Source of the DNA: Actinomycetes bacterium
GTDB taxonomy: Bacteria; Actinomycetota; Actinomycetes; Actinomycetales; Microbacteriaceae
Reading direction: 5' to 3'
Assembly: GCA_029779645.1 (NCBI GenBank)
Contig: JAKPAC010000030.1
Coordinates: 19,624-83,623 of the forward strand
Length of the DNA: 64,000 bases
A model generated the notes under the pieces. The model did no database searches, was not told the DNA's origin, and worked only from the letters and a program-made list of their open reading frames with translations. How positions within the stretch are numbered: position 1 is the stretch's first letter; every line of letters starts with the position of its first letter. This document shows positions 36,911 through 48,463 of this stretch, in pieces. The position numbers were made by a program, and so were the translations under genes.

Positions 36911-36957
36911 CGTCGCGCGGGCCGTCGCGCGGGCCGTCGCGCGGCCGTCACGCGAGC
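36911..36957. repeat. Four tandem copies of a roughly 12-bp unit (CGTCGCGCGGGC) between convergent genes
   Basis: Copies at 36911-36922 and 36923-36934 are identical. 36935-36945 has one G fewer. 36946-36957 has two mismatches. Confidence 0.7.
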
Positions 36958-36982
36958 CGCCGCGCCGGGTCGCGCGCCCGGG

Positions 36983-38651
<1,669 letters not shown>

Positions 38652-38652
<1 letters not shown>

Positions 38653-38849
38653 TGCACGCCTTCACCGTGACCGGCTACCTCGTGCTCGTGATCGCGATCC
38701 TGGTGCTCGCCGCGGCGCCGCACGTGCGTCCGGGAGTCGTCGTCTCGTTCGGGAGCATGCTCGAGCAGATCATGAGCGAGCGGCCCGTCCGGGTGACGAT
38801 CATGGTGTTCTGGTGGTGGCTCGGGTGGCACTTTCTCACCGGCGCGTGA
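38652..38849 (+). CDS. Small membrane protein (65 aa), possibly DUF6186-like
   Basis: ATG 38652 overlaps TGA 38650-38652. Two TM helices, with VFWWWLGWHFL near the C-terminus. The family name is from memory only. Confidence 0.5.
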
Positions 38850-38867
38850 GCGCCCCGCGCGGCGGCG

Positions 38868-40265
38868 CTACTGCGCGAACTCGAGGTCGCGGTCTTTCGG
38901 CAGCGCCGCCGCGCACAGCATGGCCGCGATGCTCACGCCGATGAGCAGGAAGATGCCGATCGCGAAGTTGAAGATGGGCGGGACCTGCAGCCCGGCCGGG
39001 GCCATGATGATGGTCGCGGCGAGCGTGGTGCCCACGGCCCCGCCGATGTTGCGGATGTTGGTGTTCATGCCGGTCGAGGCGCCCACCTTGTCGGCGGGCA
39101 CCGAGCGGGTGACCACGTTCGCGAGCTGCGCGTAGGTCAGGCCGATGCCGATGCCGATCAGCACGATTGTGGAGGAGAACTGCACGACGTTGTTGTGGAA
39201 GATCAGCAGCCCGCTGAAGCCGACGGTGCAGAACAGCGAGCCGATGATGATCGACATGCGGCTGCCGATGGTGCGCTCGAGCCAGCCGGCGAACAGGCCG
39301 CCGACCCCGAAGGCGGCGGTCTGGGGCAGCATCGCCAGGCTGATCCCGCCGACGGTCAGGCCGAAGCCGTAGCCCTGCGCGGGCGAGGTCTGCAGAAACT
39401 GCGGGAACAGGATCTGCGTCGTGAACATCATGATGCCGAAGAAGAACGCCAGCAGGTTCGACCAGACGACCGGCCGCGAGCGCATCACCCGGATGTCGAT
39501 GACGGGCACGTCGACCTTCTGCTCCCACCACACCCAGAGCACGAACGCGACGAGCGCGCCGACGATCATGAGGACGATGGGCAGGCTGAGCCAACCGAAT
39601 GCTCCGCCCTGCGAGACGATGATCAGCAGCAGGCTCAGCCAGATGGCGAGCAGGAGCGCGCCGAGCGCGTCGAGGCGCTGCCTGGTGCGCTCGTCGGTGG
39701 ATGCCGGGATGCCCAGGAAGACGACGAGCGACGAGAGCGCGCCGATCACGCTGGCGGTCCAGAACGCGAGGTGGAAGTCGCCGATGTGCACGACCAGGCC
39801 GACCATGACCAGGCCGGTGCCGCCGCCCAGGGCGGCCATCGACGACACGATGCCGAGTGCGAAGGGCACGCGCTCCTCGGGCAGCATGCGCTTGAGGATC
39901 ACGTAGCACAGGGGGATGATCGCGCCGCCGCAGCCCTGGATGAAGCGGGCAGCGAGCAGGGTCTCGAAGCTCCACGACAGGGCCTGCAGCACCATGCCAC
40001 CCGTCATCACGAGCATCGCGATGCGCAGCACCAGCACATGCCCGTAGATGTCGCCGAGGCGTCCGACGATCGGCGCCGTGATGCACGCGCTGAGCAGGTA
40101 GCCGGTCATCAGCCACGTCACGGTCGTCGTCGAGATGTCGAAGGTCTCTTGGAGCGACGGCAGCAGCGGCGCCATGAACGACTGGAGCACCGAGAACGCC
40201 ACGGTCGCGACGATCGCCGCCAGCAGCACAACGGTGCCGCGGGAGGGTCGGAGCGAAGGTGACAT
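38868..40265 (-). CDS. MFS transporter
   Basis: 465 aa, 12-14 TM helices, motif A-like GRLGDIYGHVLVLR. Confidence 0.85.
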   Translation of the reverse strand: MSPSLRPSRGTVVLLAAIVATVAFSVLQSFMAPLLPSLQETFDISTTTVTWLMTGYLLSACITAPIVGRLGDIYGHVLVLRIAMLVMTGGMVLQALSWSFETLLAARFIQGCGGAIIPLCYVILKRMLPEERVPFALGIVSSMAALGGGTGLVMVGLVVHIGDFHLAFWTASVIGALSSLVVFLGIPASTDERTRQRLDALGALLLAIWLSLLLIIVSQGGAFGWLSLPIVLMIVGALVAFVLWVWWEQKVDVPVIDIRVMRSRPVVWSNLLAFFFGIMMFTTQILFPQFLQTSPAQGYGFGLTVGGISLAMLPQTAAFGVGGLFAGWLERTIGSRMSIIIGSLFCTVGFSGLLIFHNNVVQFSSTIVLIGIGIGLTYAQLANVVTRSVPADKVGASTGMNTNIRNIGGAVGTTLAATIIMAPAGLQVPPIFNFAIGIFLLIGVSIAAMLCAAALPKDRDLEFAQ

Positions 40266-40338
40266 CGCCCCTATTGTCTCGCATCTGCGGCGCGGCGCGA
40301 ATTCGGGGTGAGACAGTGCCCCGCGCGGATGCCGCCGG

Positions 40339-41358
40339 TCAGCGCGAGCTCGTCGCCCTGCGCCCTCGCACCACGCCCACGAACGACTCGATATCCGCGC
40401 TCTCGCGGTCGGCCCGCCACGCGATGCCCACCGTCGAGCCCGGCCCGCCGTGCAGCGGCATCGATACCACGTCCTTGCGCCGGTGCAGGCGCGCGAGCGA
40501 CTGCGGCACGACCACGATGCCGACCCCCGCGGCGACCGTCGCGATGGCCTCCTCCGTGCTGGCGATCGTGTCGAACGCCGGGGCGACCGTGCCCTCGATG
40601 CGCAGCGCTCCCAGCACGTTGTCGGCCGGCACGATCAGGACCTGCCCGGCGAGGTCGTCGAGGCGTGCCGCTTCGAGCAGGCTGAGCTCGCTCTCGGCCC
40701 CGACGACGACGAACGGCACCTCCTCGTAGAGCGGGATCACCTGGATGCCGTCGGCGCCGTCGGGGCCGGCGCCTTCGAGCGGGAGCCGGACCAGGGCGAG
40801 ATCGACCTCGGCGTCGAGCGCGCGGCGCTGGTCGTCCGCCGTGAGCGGGTGGAGCACGAGGCGACGCTGCGGGTTGCGCTCGCTCCAGGTGCTGACCCAG
40901 CGGCCTGGCGTCGCCCCGGCGATGTAGCCCAGGTGCAGGGTGGAGAGCGGCTCGGCGGCGGGTGCGTCGGGGCCGATGCTCGCCGGCGTGTCGGCCGGCG
41001 TCGTGGCTCGCGGACGTGGCGCCGCGGGCGGCGCGGCGGCGGATGCGCGGGCGGCCGCCGCCGCAGCGGCCCGCTCGGCCTTCAGCGCCATCGCACGGGC
41101 AGCTGCCGGGCGCGGCGGGCGCGGGGCGCGGCCCACCGAGAACGGCGCCTTCGCCGTGCCGCCGGCGTTGCGGGGTGCGGCGGCGGGCGCGTCGGCGCCG
41201 TCGGCCTGCGGGTCGACCCCGTCCGCGCGCGGGGGCGCGGGGAGCGCCTTCTTCGTGCCCTTGCCGGGTCGCTTGCCGAAGCTCGCGGACGGACCCCGGC
41301 GGGGATCGCGGCGCTTCGCCTTGCCCTTGCCTTTGGCTCTGCCCTTGCCCTGCGTCAT
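40339..41358 (-). CDS. LysR-type substrate-binding domain protein. It lacks the HTH and has a basic, disordered N-terminal region of about 140 aa.
   Basis: N-terminus MTQGKGRAKGKGKAKRRDPRRGPSASFGKRPGKGTKK... followed by Ala/Pro-rich sequence. C-terminal about 200 aa is LysR_substrate-like (LHLGYIAGATPGRW...DLALVRLP...VVVPQSLARLH). Confidence 0.65.
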   Translation of the reverse strand: MTQGKGRAKGKGKAKRRDPRRGPSASFGKRPGKGTKKALPAPPRADGVDPQADGADAPAAAPRNAGGTAKAPFSVGRAPRPPRPAAARAMALKAERAAAAAAARASAAAPPAAPRPRATTPADTPASIGPDAPAAEPLSTLHLGYIAGATPGRWVSTWSERNPQRRLVLHPLTADDQRRALDAEVDLALVRLPLEGAGPDGADGIQVIPLYEEVPFVVVGAESELSLLEAARLDDLAGQVLIVPADNVLGALRIEGTVAPAFDTIASTEEAIATVAAGVGIVVVPQSLARLHRRKDVVSMPLHGGPGSTVGIAWRADRESADIESFVGVVRGRRATSSR

Positions 41359-41436
41359 GTGCCGCCCCTGGTTCTGCCGTCGCGTTCCTGTTCAGACCGG
41401 CCGGTCATCAGGCGGTTCCAAGCCTACGGCCCTGCG

Positions 41437-41467
41437 GCTGTGCGCGCGCCGACGGGGCGCGCACAGC
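41437..41467 (-). terminator. GC hairpin downstream of the hexapeptide-repeat gene
   Basis: GCTGTGCGCGC pairs with GCGCGCACAGC (11-bp perfect stem, 9-nt loop). Confidence 0.4.
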
Positions 41468-41538
41468 GCCGGCGCACGAGAGCGCGCCGTCGCCGACCAG
41501 GGGGGCTGCGGGCGACGGCGCGGCTGCGCGGCTGGACG

Positions 41539-41946
41539 CTATGCGGCCAGCCGCAGTCCTCGGCGGTCGGTCGCGACGGTCTCGCCGTCGAGAATGGTCT
41601 CGTCGTCGCCGATGAGGGCGCCGCCCGCGACGCGCGCGCCGGCGCCGACGCGCGTGCGAACCCCGATGTGCGCACCGGGGCCGATCGCCGCGCCCGTGCC
41701 GATCTCAGCCAGCGCGGCGATGACCGCGTCGGGCCCGATGACGGCGTCGGCGTGCACCCACGCCCCCTTCGCGACGTGGGCTCCGGCGGCGACCTTCACG
41801 CCGGGCTCGACGTACGCGCCGGCCTCGACGACCGCGTTGGCGTGCACCTTCGCCCCGTTCGCCACGAGCCCGCGGCCGTTCGCGTGCTTGCGGTACCGCA
41901 GCGTCTCGCCTCGATCGTTCTCGATGTCGACGTAGTTCTTGCCCAC
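41539..41946 (-). CDS. Small left-handed beta-helix (hexapeptide-repeat) protein
   Basis: GTG 41946 after GAGGAG. 135 aa with periodic [VIA]-x-x-G-A-x repeats (AVVEAGAYVEPGVKVAAGAHVAKGAWVHADAVIGPDAVI...). Confidence 0.55.
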   Translation of the reverse strand: MGKNYVDIENDRGETLRYRKHANGRGLVANGAKVHANAVVEAGAYVEPGVKVAAGAHVAKGAWVHADAVIGPDAVIAALAEIGTGAAIGPGAHIGVRTRVGAGARVAGGALIGDDETILDGETVATDRRGLRLAA

Positions 41947-42091
41947 AATCTCCTCCTGCGAGGCACGAGATCTTCCGTGCCAACAGTGAACAACCGCATC
42001 CGACGCCGGTTCATTCCCTGACGCGCATCCACCCGCGCCGCTCGGCGGCGCGGGGCTCCGACGGCGCGGCCGCGGCCGCACATGCGGTTGC

Positions 42092-45000
42092 TCAGCGTCG
42101 GCGCAGCGTGAGCCCGCGAGGCGACTCGGCAAAGCCGGCCGCGCGCAGCGCGTGGCCGATCGCGGTGCCGAGCACGAACTCGCCGCTCACCGTCTCGATC
42201 GTGAGGGTCTCGAGGCGGTGCCGGATCGCGGTCTGCGCGAGGTCGGCCGTGGCGGCGCGCAGCGTCTCCTCGTCGTCGGTGAATGCGAGCGCAGAGCGCC
42301 CGCCGCGCTCGAGATAGAGGGTGAGCGCGCCGTCAACGAGCACGACCAGCCCGCCGGCCTTGCGCCCCGGCCGGTGCTTGCTGCTCGGCAGCGCGGGCCA
42401 GGCGAGCGCCGCGCCGTAGGGGTTGGCCGGATCGGTCGCGGCGAGCGTGATCGCCCGCAGTAGCGCGGGGTCGGGCACCGCGGCGAAGGTGCGGAGGCGA
42501 TCGACGGTGGCCGAGCTCGCGAACTGCGCGGCGCCGAGCTTCTCGATCACGTAGCCGCGCCGGCAGTGTCCGGCCTCCTCGAACTTCGCGAGCACCCGGT
42601 AGGCCTGGGCGAAGCCGCCCGGGAGGCCCTCGTTCTGGACCGAGCCGCGCGTGACGACCCCGTAGCGATCCAGCAGCAGGGATGCCGCGGCGGCGGCGCG
42701 CGCGGTCGCATCGCCCTCCGGCGCGGGCAGCAGCGACCATCGCCCGCCCAGCGTGGGCGGGCGCGGCGGCGATGCCGGCCGGTGCGCGCCGAGGCCGGCG
42801 CCGCGCAGCATCGAGCCGCCGAGCATCCGGCTGCGCGGCGTGCGGCGGGCGACGCGGTGGGCCTGACGCCCGCCCCCCAGCAGCGCCCGCACCGGCGCGA
42901 ACGTGTCGTTGGTGACGCGTCCCTGCCAGGCGAGCGACCAGAGCGCCTCGATCACCGACTGCTCGTTCGCGGCCCCCGTCATCGCCTGCAGCTGGCTCGC
43001 GAAGTACGCCCCGCCATGATGTCCGGGGCGCTGCTCGAGGCGGCCCGGAGCTCCCGCGTCTCCCGATTCCGGATCGTCGGCGGCGTCGCCCCAGCCGAGC
43101 GCGAACAGCAGCTGGGCCTCGAGCGAGCCCTCGGCCACCTCGCCCTCGGGGGCGGCGAGGGTCAGGCCCGCGGTATCCGCGAGGTGGAACGCGACCCAGC
43201 CGTCGCGCCCCGGCAGGGTGCCTGCCCCCGACCAGAGCACCTCGCCGGTGGCGGTGAGCTCGTCGAGCAGCGCCGGGGCGTAGTCGGCGACCCTGGCGGG
43301 CAGGATGAGCGACTCCCATGCGGACGCGGGGATCGGCACGCCGGCGAGCTGCTCGATGACGGTCGCGACGCCGTCGATGCCCTCGAGGGGGCGGTCGAGG
43401 TGCTGCCACGACGGCAGGAAGCGGGCGAACGCCTCGGGCGGCACGGGCTCGACGGTGCCGCGCAGCGCGGCGAGCGAGCGCATGCGCAGCCGGCGCATGA
43501 CCTCGGCGTCGCACCACTCCTGCTCGTCGGCATCGGCCCCGCCGGAGCCCGCGGTGCCCTGCGGCAGGAAGAAGCCGCTGGTGAGGCGCCCCGACGACTC
43601 GAGCCGCTGCAGCGTGTGCCTGGCCACGGCGATGCCGATGCCGAAGCGCTCGGCGACGGCAGCTGCCAGGAACGGGCCGTGGGTGCGGGCATGGCGCGCG
43701 ACGAGGTCGCCGAGCGGGTCGGCCACCGGCTCGAGGAACGCGTTCGGGATGCCGACGGGCAGCGCGACCCCGAGCGCGTCGCGCAGGCGGGCGGCGTCTT
43801 CGATGGCGGCGACGCGCGGCGTGCCCGCGATGGTGACGGCGATGGCGCGCCGCCCGGCGACCAGCTGATCGAGGTGGGTGGATGCCTCCGCCACGGTCGC
43901 CGAGTCGGGGTCGGTCGCGGCGCCGTCGTCGGCGCGTGTGTCGGTCCCGGCGCCGTCGGCCGGCCGCAGGCGCGCAGCCAGCTCGCCGGCGTCGAGCGGG
44001 CCGAGCAGGCGCAGCAGGTCTGCGGCGCCCTCGACCCCGCGAACCCGGCGATCCGGCGCGAGCCGCTGCGCCTCGCGCTCGAACTGCTCGATGACGGCGG
44101 GGTCGAGCAGCTCGCGCATCTCGACGCGGCCGAGCAGCTCGCCCAGCAGCGCCGGGTCGACCGAGAGCGCCGCGGCCCGGCGCTCGGCCAGCGGCGAGTC
44201 GCCCTCGTACATGAAGGCGCCGACGTAGCCGAACAGCAGGTCGCGGGCATACGGCGAGGGCTCCGCGGTGGTCGTCTCGACGAGCCGGATGCGGCGCTGC
44301 GCGATCGCGCGCGTGATCCGCAGCAGCGCGGGCAGGTCGTAGACGTCCTGCAGCACCTCGCGCAGCGTCTCGAGGATGATGGGAAACGTCGGGTGCTCGC
44401 GGGCCACCTGCAGCAGCTGCGCCGAGCGCTGCCGCTGCTGCCACAGCGGGGTGCGCTTGTGCGGGTTCATCCGCGGCATCAGCAGCGCGCGCGCCGCGCA
44501 CTCCCGAAAGCGCGACGCGAACAGGGCGGAGCCGCCCACCTCGTCGCCGACGATCGTCTCGAGCTCATCGGCGTCGAACACGAACAGCTCGGCGCCGGGC
44601 GGATCGACGTCGGTGTCGGGCACGCGCGCGATGATGCCGTCGTCGCTGGCGACCGCCGAGCCGTCGACGCCGAGCCGCTCACGGATGCGCGCGTTCACCG
44701 CGAGGGCCCACGGGGCGTGCACGCTCATGCCGTAGGGCGAGTGCAGGATGATGCGCCAGTCGCCCACCTCGTCGCGGCTGCGCTCGACAGTGAGGGTGCG
44801 ATCGCTCGGCAGGCTGCCGGTGGCCTCGCGCTGCTCGCGCAGGTAGGCGAGCAGATTCTGCGCGGCGCGCTCATCGAGCCCGGCCTCGCGCAGGCGGGCC
44901 TCGGCCTTCTCCTGTGGCGCCGCCGCGATCAGGCGCGAGAACGCGCCCAGCGCCTCGCCGAGCTCGGCGGGGCGACCGAGCCCGTCGCCGTGCCAGAAGG

Positions 45001-47011
45001 GCAGCTTGCCCGGCTGCCCGTACGCGGGCAGCACGTTGACCCGGTCGTGGGTGATCTCGACGATGCGCCAGCTCGTCGTGCCGAGCGTGAAGACGTCGCC
45101 GACCCGCGACTCGTACACCATCTCCTCGTCGAGCTCGCCGACGCGGGCGCCGCTGGTCTCGCCCGCGACGAAGACGCCGAACAGGCCGCGGTCGGGGATC
45201 GTTCCGCCGCTGGTCACGGCGATGCGCTGCGCGCCCGGCCGACCCGTGATCGTGCCCGCGTCGCGGTCCCACACCACGCGCGGGCGCAGCTCGGCGAACT
45301 CGTCGGACGGGTACCGGCCCGCGAGCAGGTCGAGCGTGGCCTCGTATGCCGAGCGCGGCAGCGTGCGAAACGGCGCCGAGCGGCGCACGGTGACGAACCA
45401 GTCCTCCACGTCGAGGGGCTCCAGTGCGCAGGCGGCGACGGTCTGCTGGGCGAGGATGTCGAGCGGATTGCGGGGCACCGCGATCTGCTCGATCTGCCCG
45501 GCGAGCATCCGCTCGGTCGTCACGGCCGTGTGCAGCAGGTCGGAGCGGTGCGTGGGGAAGAGCACGGCGCGCGAGACCTCGCCCACCTGGTGCCCGGCGC
45601 GGCCGACCCGCTGCAGGCCGCTCGCCGCCGACGGCGGCGACTCGACCTGGATCACCAGATCGACGGCGCCCATGTCGATGCCCAGCTCGAGGCTGGAGGT
45701 GGCGACCACGCAGCGCAGCGCGCCGGACTTGAGCTCGTCTTCGACCGCCGCGCGCTGCTCCTTCGACACCGAGCCGTGGTGTGCGCGGGCGAGCACCGGC
45801 GCGGCGCCCGCGCTCTGCCCCGCCTGGGCCATCATCGCGGCGGGGATCGCCGCGTCGGGCATCGCGACGCCCTCCCGCCCGGCGTGGATCTCGTTCAGCC
45901 GGCCCGTCAGGCGCTCGGCGAGGCGGCGTGAGTTGGCGAACACGATCGTGGAGCGGTGCTGCATGATCCGATCGACCATCGCCTCCTCGATGTGCGGCCA
46001 GAGCGAGTTGGTGGCTCGCGGCGACGGGTCGTCGTCGGCGCTGAACCCGCCGCCCGCCCCGGCCGATGCGCCGCCCCCCGCGCCGCTCGCGCGAAGCCAA
46101 TCGGGCTCGTCGAGCACCTCGCCGATCGTGGGCGGATCGGCATCCGTGGCGCCCCCGGCGCCCTCCGCCCGGGCCCGCGCGGGATCGCCGTCGGCGCCCG
46201 GCTGCGGGGGCATCGGCGGCGACTGCATGTCGTCGACCGGCACGATCACCCGCAGGTCGTAGGCCTTGCTCGCCCGGGGCGCGACGATGTCGACCGGGGC
46301 GGCGCCGCCGAGGAAGCGGGCGACCTCGTCGATGGGCCGCACGGTCGCCGAGAGGCCGATGCGCTGCGCGGGGGCATCGAGCAGCGCGTCGAGGCGCTCG
46401 AGGCTCACCGCGAGGTGCGCGCCGCGCTTGGTCGCCGCGACCGCGTGGATCTCGTCGATGATCACCGTGCGCACCCCGCGCAGGGTCTTCGCCGCCTGGC
46501 TGGTGAGCATCAGGTACAGCGACTCCGGCGTCGTGATCAGGATGTCAGGGGGATCGGTGACGAGGCGGCGCCGGTCGCTCGCCGAGGTGTCGCCCGAGCG
46601 CACGCCCACTCGCACCTCCGGCGACGGGAGCCCGAGCCGCCGGGCGGCAAGACCGATGCCGACCAGCGGGGAGCGCAGGTTGCGCTCGACGTCGACGCCG
46701 AGCGCCTTCAGCGGCGAGATGTAGAGCACGCGCGTCGCGGGCGGCGTGCCCGGCGCGGGCTGTCTCCTGCGGCGCCCGGGTGCAGGCTCGGCGGGTGTCG
46801 GCTCGCGCATCGCCTTCTCGGCGATCAGCGAGTCGATCGCCCACAGGAACGCCGAGAGCGTCTTGCCCGAGCCGGTCGGGGCCACCACGAGGGCATTCCG
46901 GCCCGCCGAGATCGCGTCCCACGCGCCGGCCTGCACGCGGGTGGGCGCGACGAACGCCGCGCGGAACCACTCCCGCGTCGCGGGAGCGAATCGCTCGAGC
47001 ACGTCGCTCAT
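42092..47011 (-). CDS. lhr: Lhr-family large ATP-dependent DNA helicase
   Basis: 1639 aa from ATG 47011 (AAGGA upstream). Walker A VVAPTGSGKT, DEIH box VIIDEIHAV, motif VI QRVGRAGH, and the long Lhr-type C-terminal extension. Confidence 0.9.
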   Translation of the reverse strand: MSDVLERFAPATREWFRAAFVAPTRVQAGAWDAISAGRNALVVAPTGSGKTLSAFLWAIDSLIAEKAMREPTPAEPAPGRRRRQPAPGTPPATRVLYISPLKALGVDVERNLRSPLVGIGLAARRLGLPSPEVRVGVRSGDTSASDRRRLVTDPPDILITTPESLYLMLTSQAAKTLRGVRTVIIDEIHAVAATKRGAHLAVSLERLDALLDAPAQRIGLSATVRPIDEVARFLGGAAPVDIVAPRASKAYDLRVIVPVDDMQSPPMPPQPGADGDPARARAEGAGGATDADPPTIGEVLDEPDWLRASGAGGGASAGAGGGFSADDDPSPRATNSLWPHIEEAMVDRIMQHRSTIVFANSRRLAERLTGRLNEIHAGREGVAMPDAAIPAAMMAQAGQSAGAAPVLARAHHGSVSKEQRAAVEDELKSGALRCVVATSSLELGIDMGAVDLVIQVESPPSAASGLQRVGRAGHQVGEVSRAVLFPTHRSDLLHTAVTTERMLAGQIEQIAVPRNPLDILAQQTVAACALEPLDVEDWFVTVRRSAPFRTLPRSAYEATLDLLAGRYPSDEFAELRPRVVWDRDAGTITGRPGAQRIAVTSGGTIPDRGLFGVFVAGETSGARVGELDEEMVYESRVGDVFTLGTTSWRIVEITHDRVNVLPAYGQPGKLPFWHGDGLGRPAELGEALGAFSRLIAAAPQEKAEARLREAGLDERAAQNLLAYLREQREATGSLPSDRTLTVERSRDEVGDWRIILHSPYGMSVHAPWALAVNARIRERLGVDGSAVASDDGIIARVPDTDVDPPGAELFVFDADELETIVGDEVGGSALFASRFRECAARALLMPRMNPHKRTPLWQQRQRSAQLLQVAREHPTFPIILETLREVLQDVYDLPALLRITRAIAQRRIRLVETTTAEPSPYARDLLFGYVGAFMYEGDSPLAERRAAALSVDPALLGELLGRVEMRELLDPAVIEQFEREAQRLAPDRRVRGVEGAADLLRLLGPLDAGELAARLRPADGAGTDTRADDGAATDPDSATVAEASTHLDQLVAGRRAIAVTIAGTPRVAAIEDAARLRDALGVALPVGIPNAFLEPVADPLGDLVARHARTHGPFLAAAVAERFGIGIAVARHTLQRLESSGRLTSGFFLPQGTAGSGGADADEQEWCDAEVMRRLRMRSLAALRGTVEPVPPEAFARFLPSWQHLDRPLEGIDGVATVIEQLAGVPIPASAWESLILPARVADYAPALLDELTATGEVLWSGAGTLPGRDGWVAFHLADTAGLTLAAPEGEVAEGSLEAQLLFALGWGDAADDPESGDAGAPGRLEQRPGHHGGAYFASQLQAMTGAANEQSVIEALWSLAWQGRVTNDTFAPVRALLGGGRQAHRVARRTPRSRMLGGSMLRGAGLGAHRPASPPRPPTLGGRWSLLPAPEGDATARAAAAASLLLDRYGVVTRGSVQNEGLPGGFAQAYRVLAKFEEAGHCRRGYVIEKLGAAQFASSATVDRLRTFAAVPDPALLRAITLAATDPANPYGAALAWPALPSSKHRPGRKAGGLVVLVDGALTLYLERGGRSALAFTDDEETLRAATADLAQTAIRHRLETLTIETVSGEFVLGTAIGHALRAAGFAESPRGLTLRRR

Positions 47012-47080
47012 GCACCCATCCTTGCGCACGCCGCCGACACCGGGACCGGACCATCGGCATCGGCCGGCGCGCCGCCCCGA

Positions 47081-47734
47081 CTAGCTCGCCGCGTACCGCA
47101 GGGCCAGGAAGTTGTTCAGGTCGAGCAGCACCTCGTGCGAGATGGCGTGGTCGAGCCCCGGATAGATCCGCCCGCTCAGCTCGGAGTGGTCGGGGAGCCA
47201 GCTCGCGGTGTGCTCGATCGCGCGCGCCGGGATCACCTCGTCGAGCGCCCCGCGCGCCCAGAACACGGGCGGGCGCTGCGCCTGCAGCGTCGCGTCGCCG
47301 GGCAGCTCGCCGCCGGCGGCGTAGCCGCTGAGGTTGACCGCGAACGAGACGCGCTCGGGCGCGAGCCGCAGGGCCTGCAGCGACATCGCGCCGCCCTGCG
47401 AGAAGCCGAGAAAGGCGATGGATGCGGCATCCCGCGCGTGCTCGTCGGCCCAGGCCAGCACGGCCTCAGCCGCCGCCGTGAGCGCGCCCGGGTCGCGGCC
47501 GTTCAGCCCCTCGATCGGGTACCACGAGAAGCCCTGCCCGGGCCAGGGCGTCGACAGCGGCGCCCGGAGCGCGGCGATCACCGGCTCGGACGGGAGGTGC
47601 GGGGCGAGCGAGAAGAGGTCGCGCTCGTCGGCGCCGTAGCCGTGCAGCAGCACCAGCAGCGGGCGCCCGGCGCGCTCCGACTCCGGGGCCGACCACAGCA
47701 CCGCGGCCGGGTCGATCGAGATGGGATTGGTCAT
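47081..47734 (-). CDS. Phospholipase/carboxylesterase-type alpha/beta hydrolase
   Basis: ATG 47734 after GAGGA, with an alternative start at 47764. LLVLLHGYGADERDL, and nucleophile GFSQGGAM. Confidence 0.8.
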   Translation of the reverse strand: MTNPISIDPAAVLWSAPESERAGRPLLVLLHGYGADERDLFSLAPHLPSEPVIAALRAPLSTPWPGQGFSWYPIEGLNGRDPGALTAAAEAVLAWADEHARDAASIAFLGFSQGGAMSLQALRLAPERVSFAVNLSGYAAGGELPGDATLQAQRPPVFWARGALDEVIPARAIEHTASWLPDHSELSGRIYPGLDHAISHEVLLDLNNFLALRYAAS

Positions 47735-47778
47735 GGGGCCATCCTCGCATTGCCCCACCGACACGGTAAGAATGAGAC

Positions 47779-48369
47779 ATGGCCGTTCGCACCCCTGACC
47801 CCGATCCCGACGAGAACGATCCGTTCGGCTCGCCCGGCGGTGCGCCCCTGGGCAATCCCGGCTGGCTGAGCGAGTTCGAGCTGGCCGAGTCGCGCCGTCG
47901 CCTGCCCATCCTCTACGTCGAGGGCATCCCGGTGCGCGTCGACGGGATGGGCCAGGTCATCGAGGTCGGCATCCTGCTGCGCGCGACGCCGCTCGGCGAG
48001 ATGTCGCGCACGATCGTCTCGGGGCGGGTCCGCTACGGCGAGACCGTGCGCGACGCGCTGTTTCGTCACCTCGAGAACGACCTGGGGCCGATGGCGTTCC
48101 CGCTCCTGCCCGCGCAGCCCACGCCGTTCACGGTCGCCGAGTACTTCCCGCTCCCGGGCGTCTCGGCCTTTCACGACGACCGCCAGCACGCGGTCTCGCT
48201 CGCGTTCGTCGTGCCCGTGACCGGCACGTGCGAGCCCAGGCAGGACGCCCTGGAGGTGACGTGGCTCAGCCCGGAGGAGGCGGCATCCGACGCGCTCTCG
48301 GCCGAGATGGAGGGCGGCCGCGGCACGCTGATCCGCATGGCGCTTGCCAGCGTCGGGGCGCTCCGGTAG
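47779..48369 (+). CDS. NUDIX-fold protein with a degenerate Nudix box (DUF4916-like)
   Basis: 196 aa. GRVRYGETVRDALFRHLENDLG resembles GX5EX7REUXEEXGU but lacks the REx2EE glutamates. Confidence 0.55.
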   Translation: MAVRTPDPDPDENDPFGSPGGAPLGNPGWLSEFELAESRRRLPILYVEGIPVRVDGMGQVIEVGILLRATPLGEMSRTIVSGRVRYGETVRDALFRHLENDLGPMAFPLLPAQPTPFTVAEYFPLPGVSAFHDDRQHAVSLAFVVPVTGTCEPRQDALEVTWLSPEEAASDALSAEMEGGRGTLIRMALASVGALR

Positions 48370-48463
48370 CGCGGCTGGCATCGCCCGTGCCCGCGCCGCC
48401 GGTGCGGCGCGAATACATCTCGAGACGGATGCCCCGGCCGCACCGGGCACGTAGCGTGAACGT

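Noticed and set aside
41539-47011. Lhr helicase plus the downstream hexapeptide-repeat gene as a possible novel repair or defence pair.
   Set aside because: The 145-bp gap, the absence of any nuclease or known partner motifs, and the generic beta-helix sequence give no support beyond adjacency.
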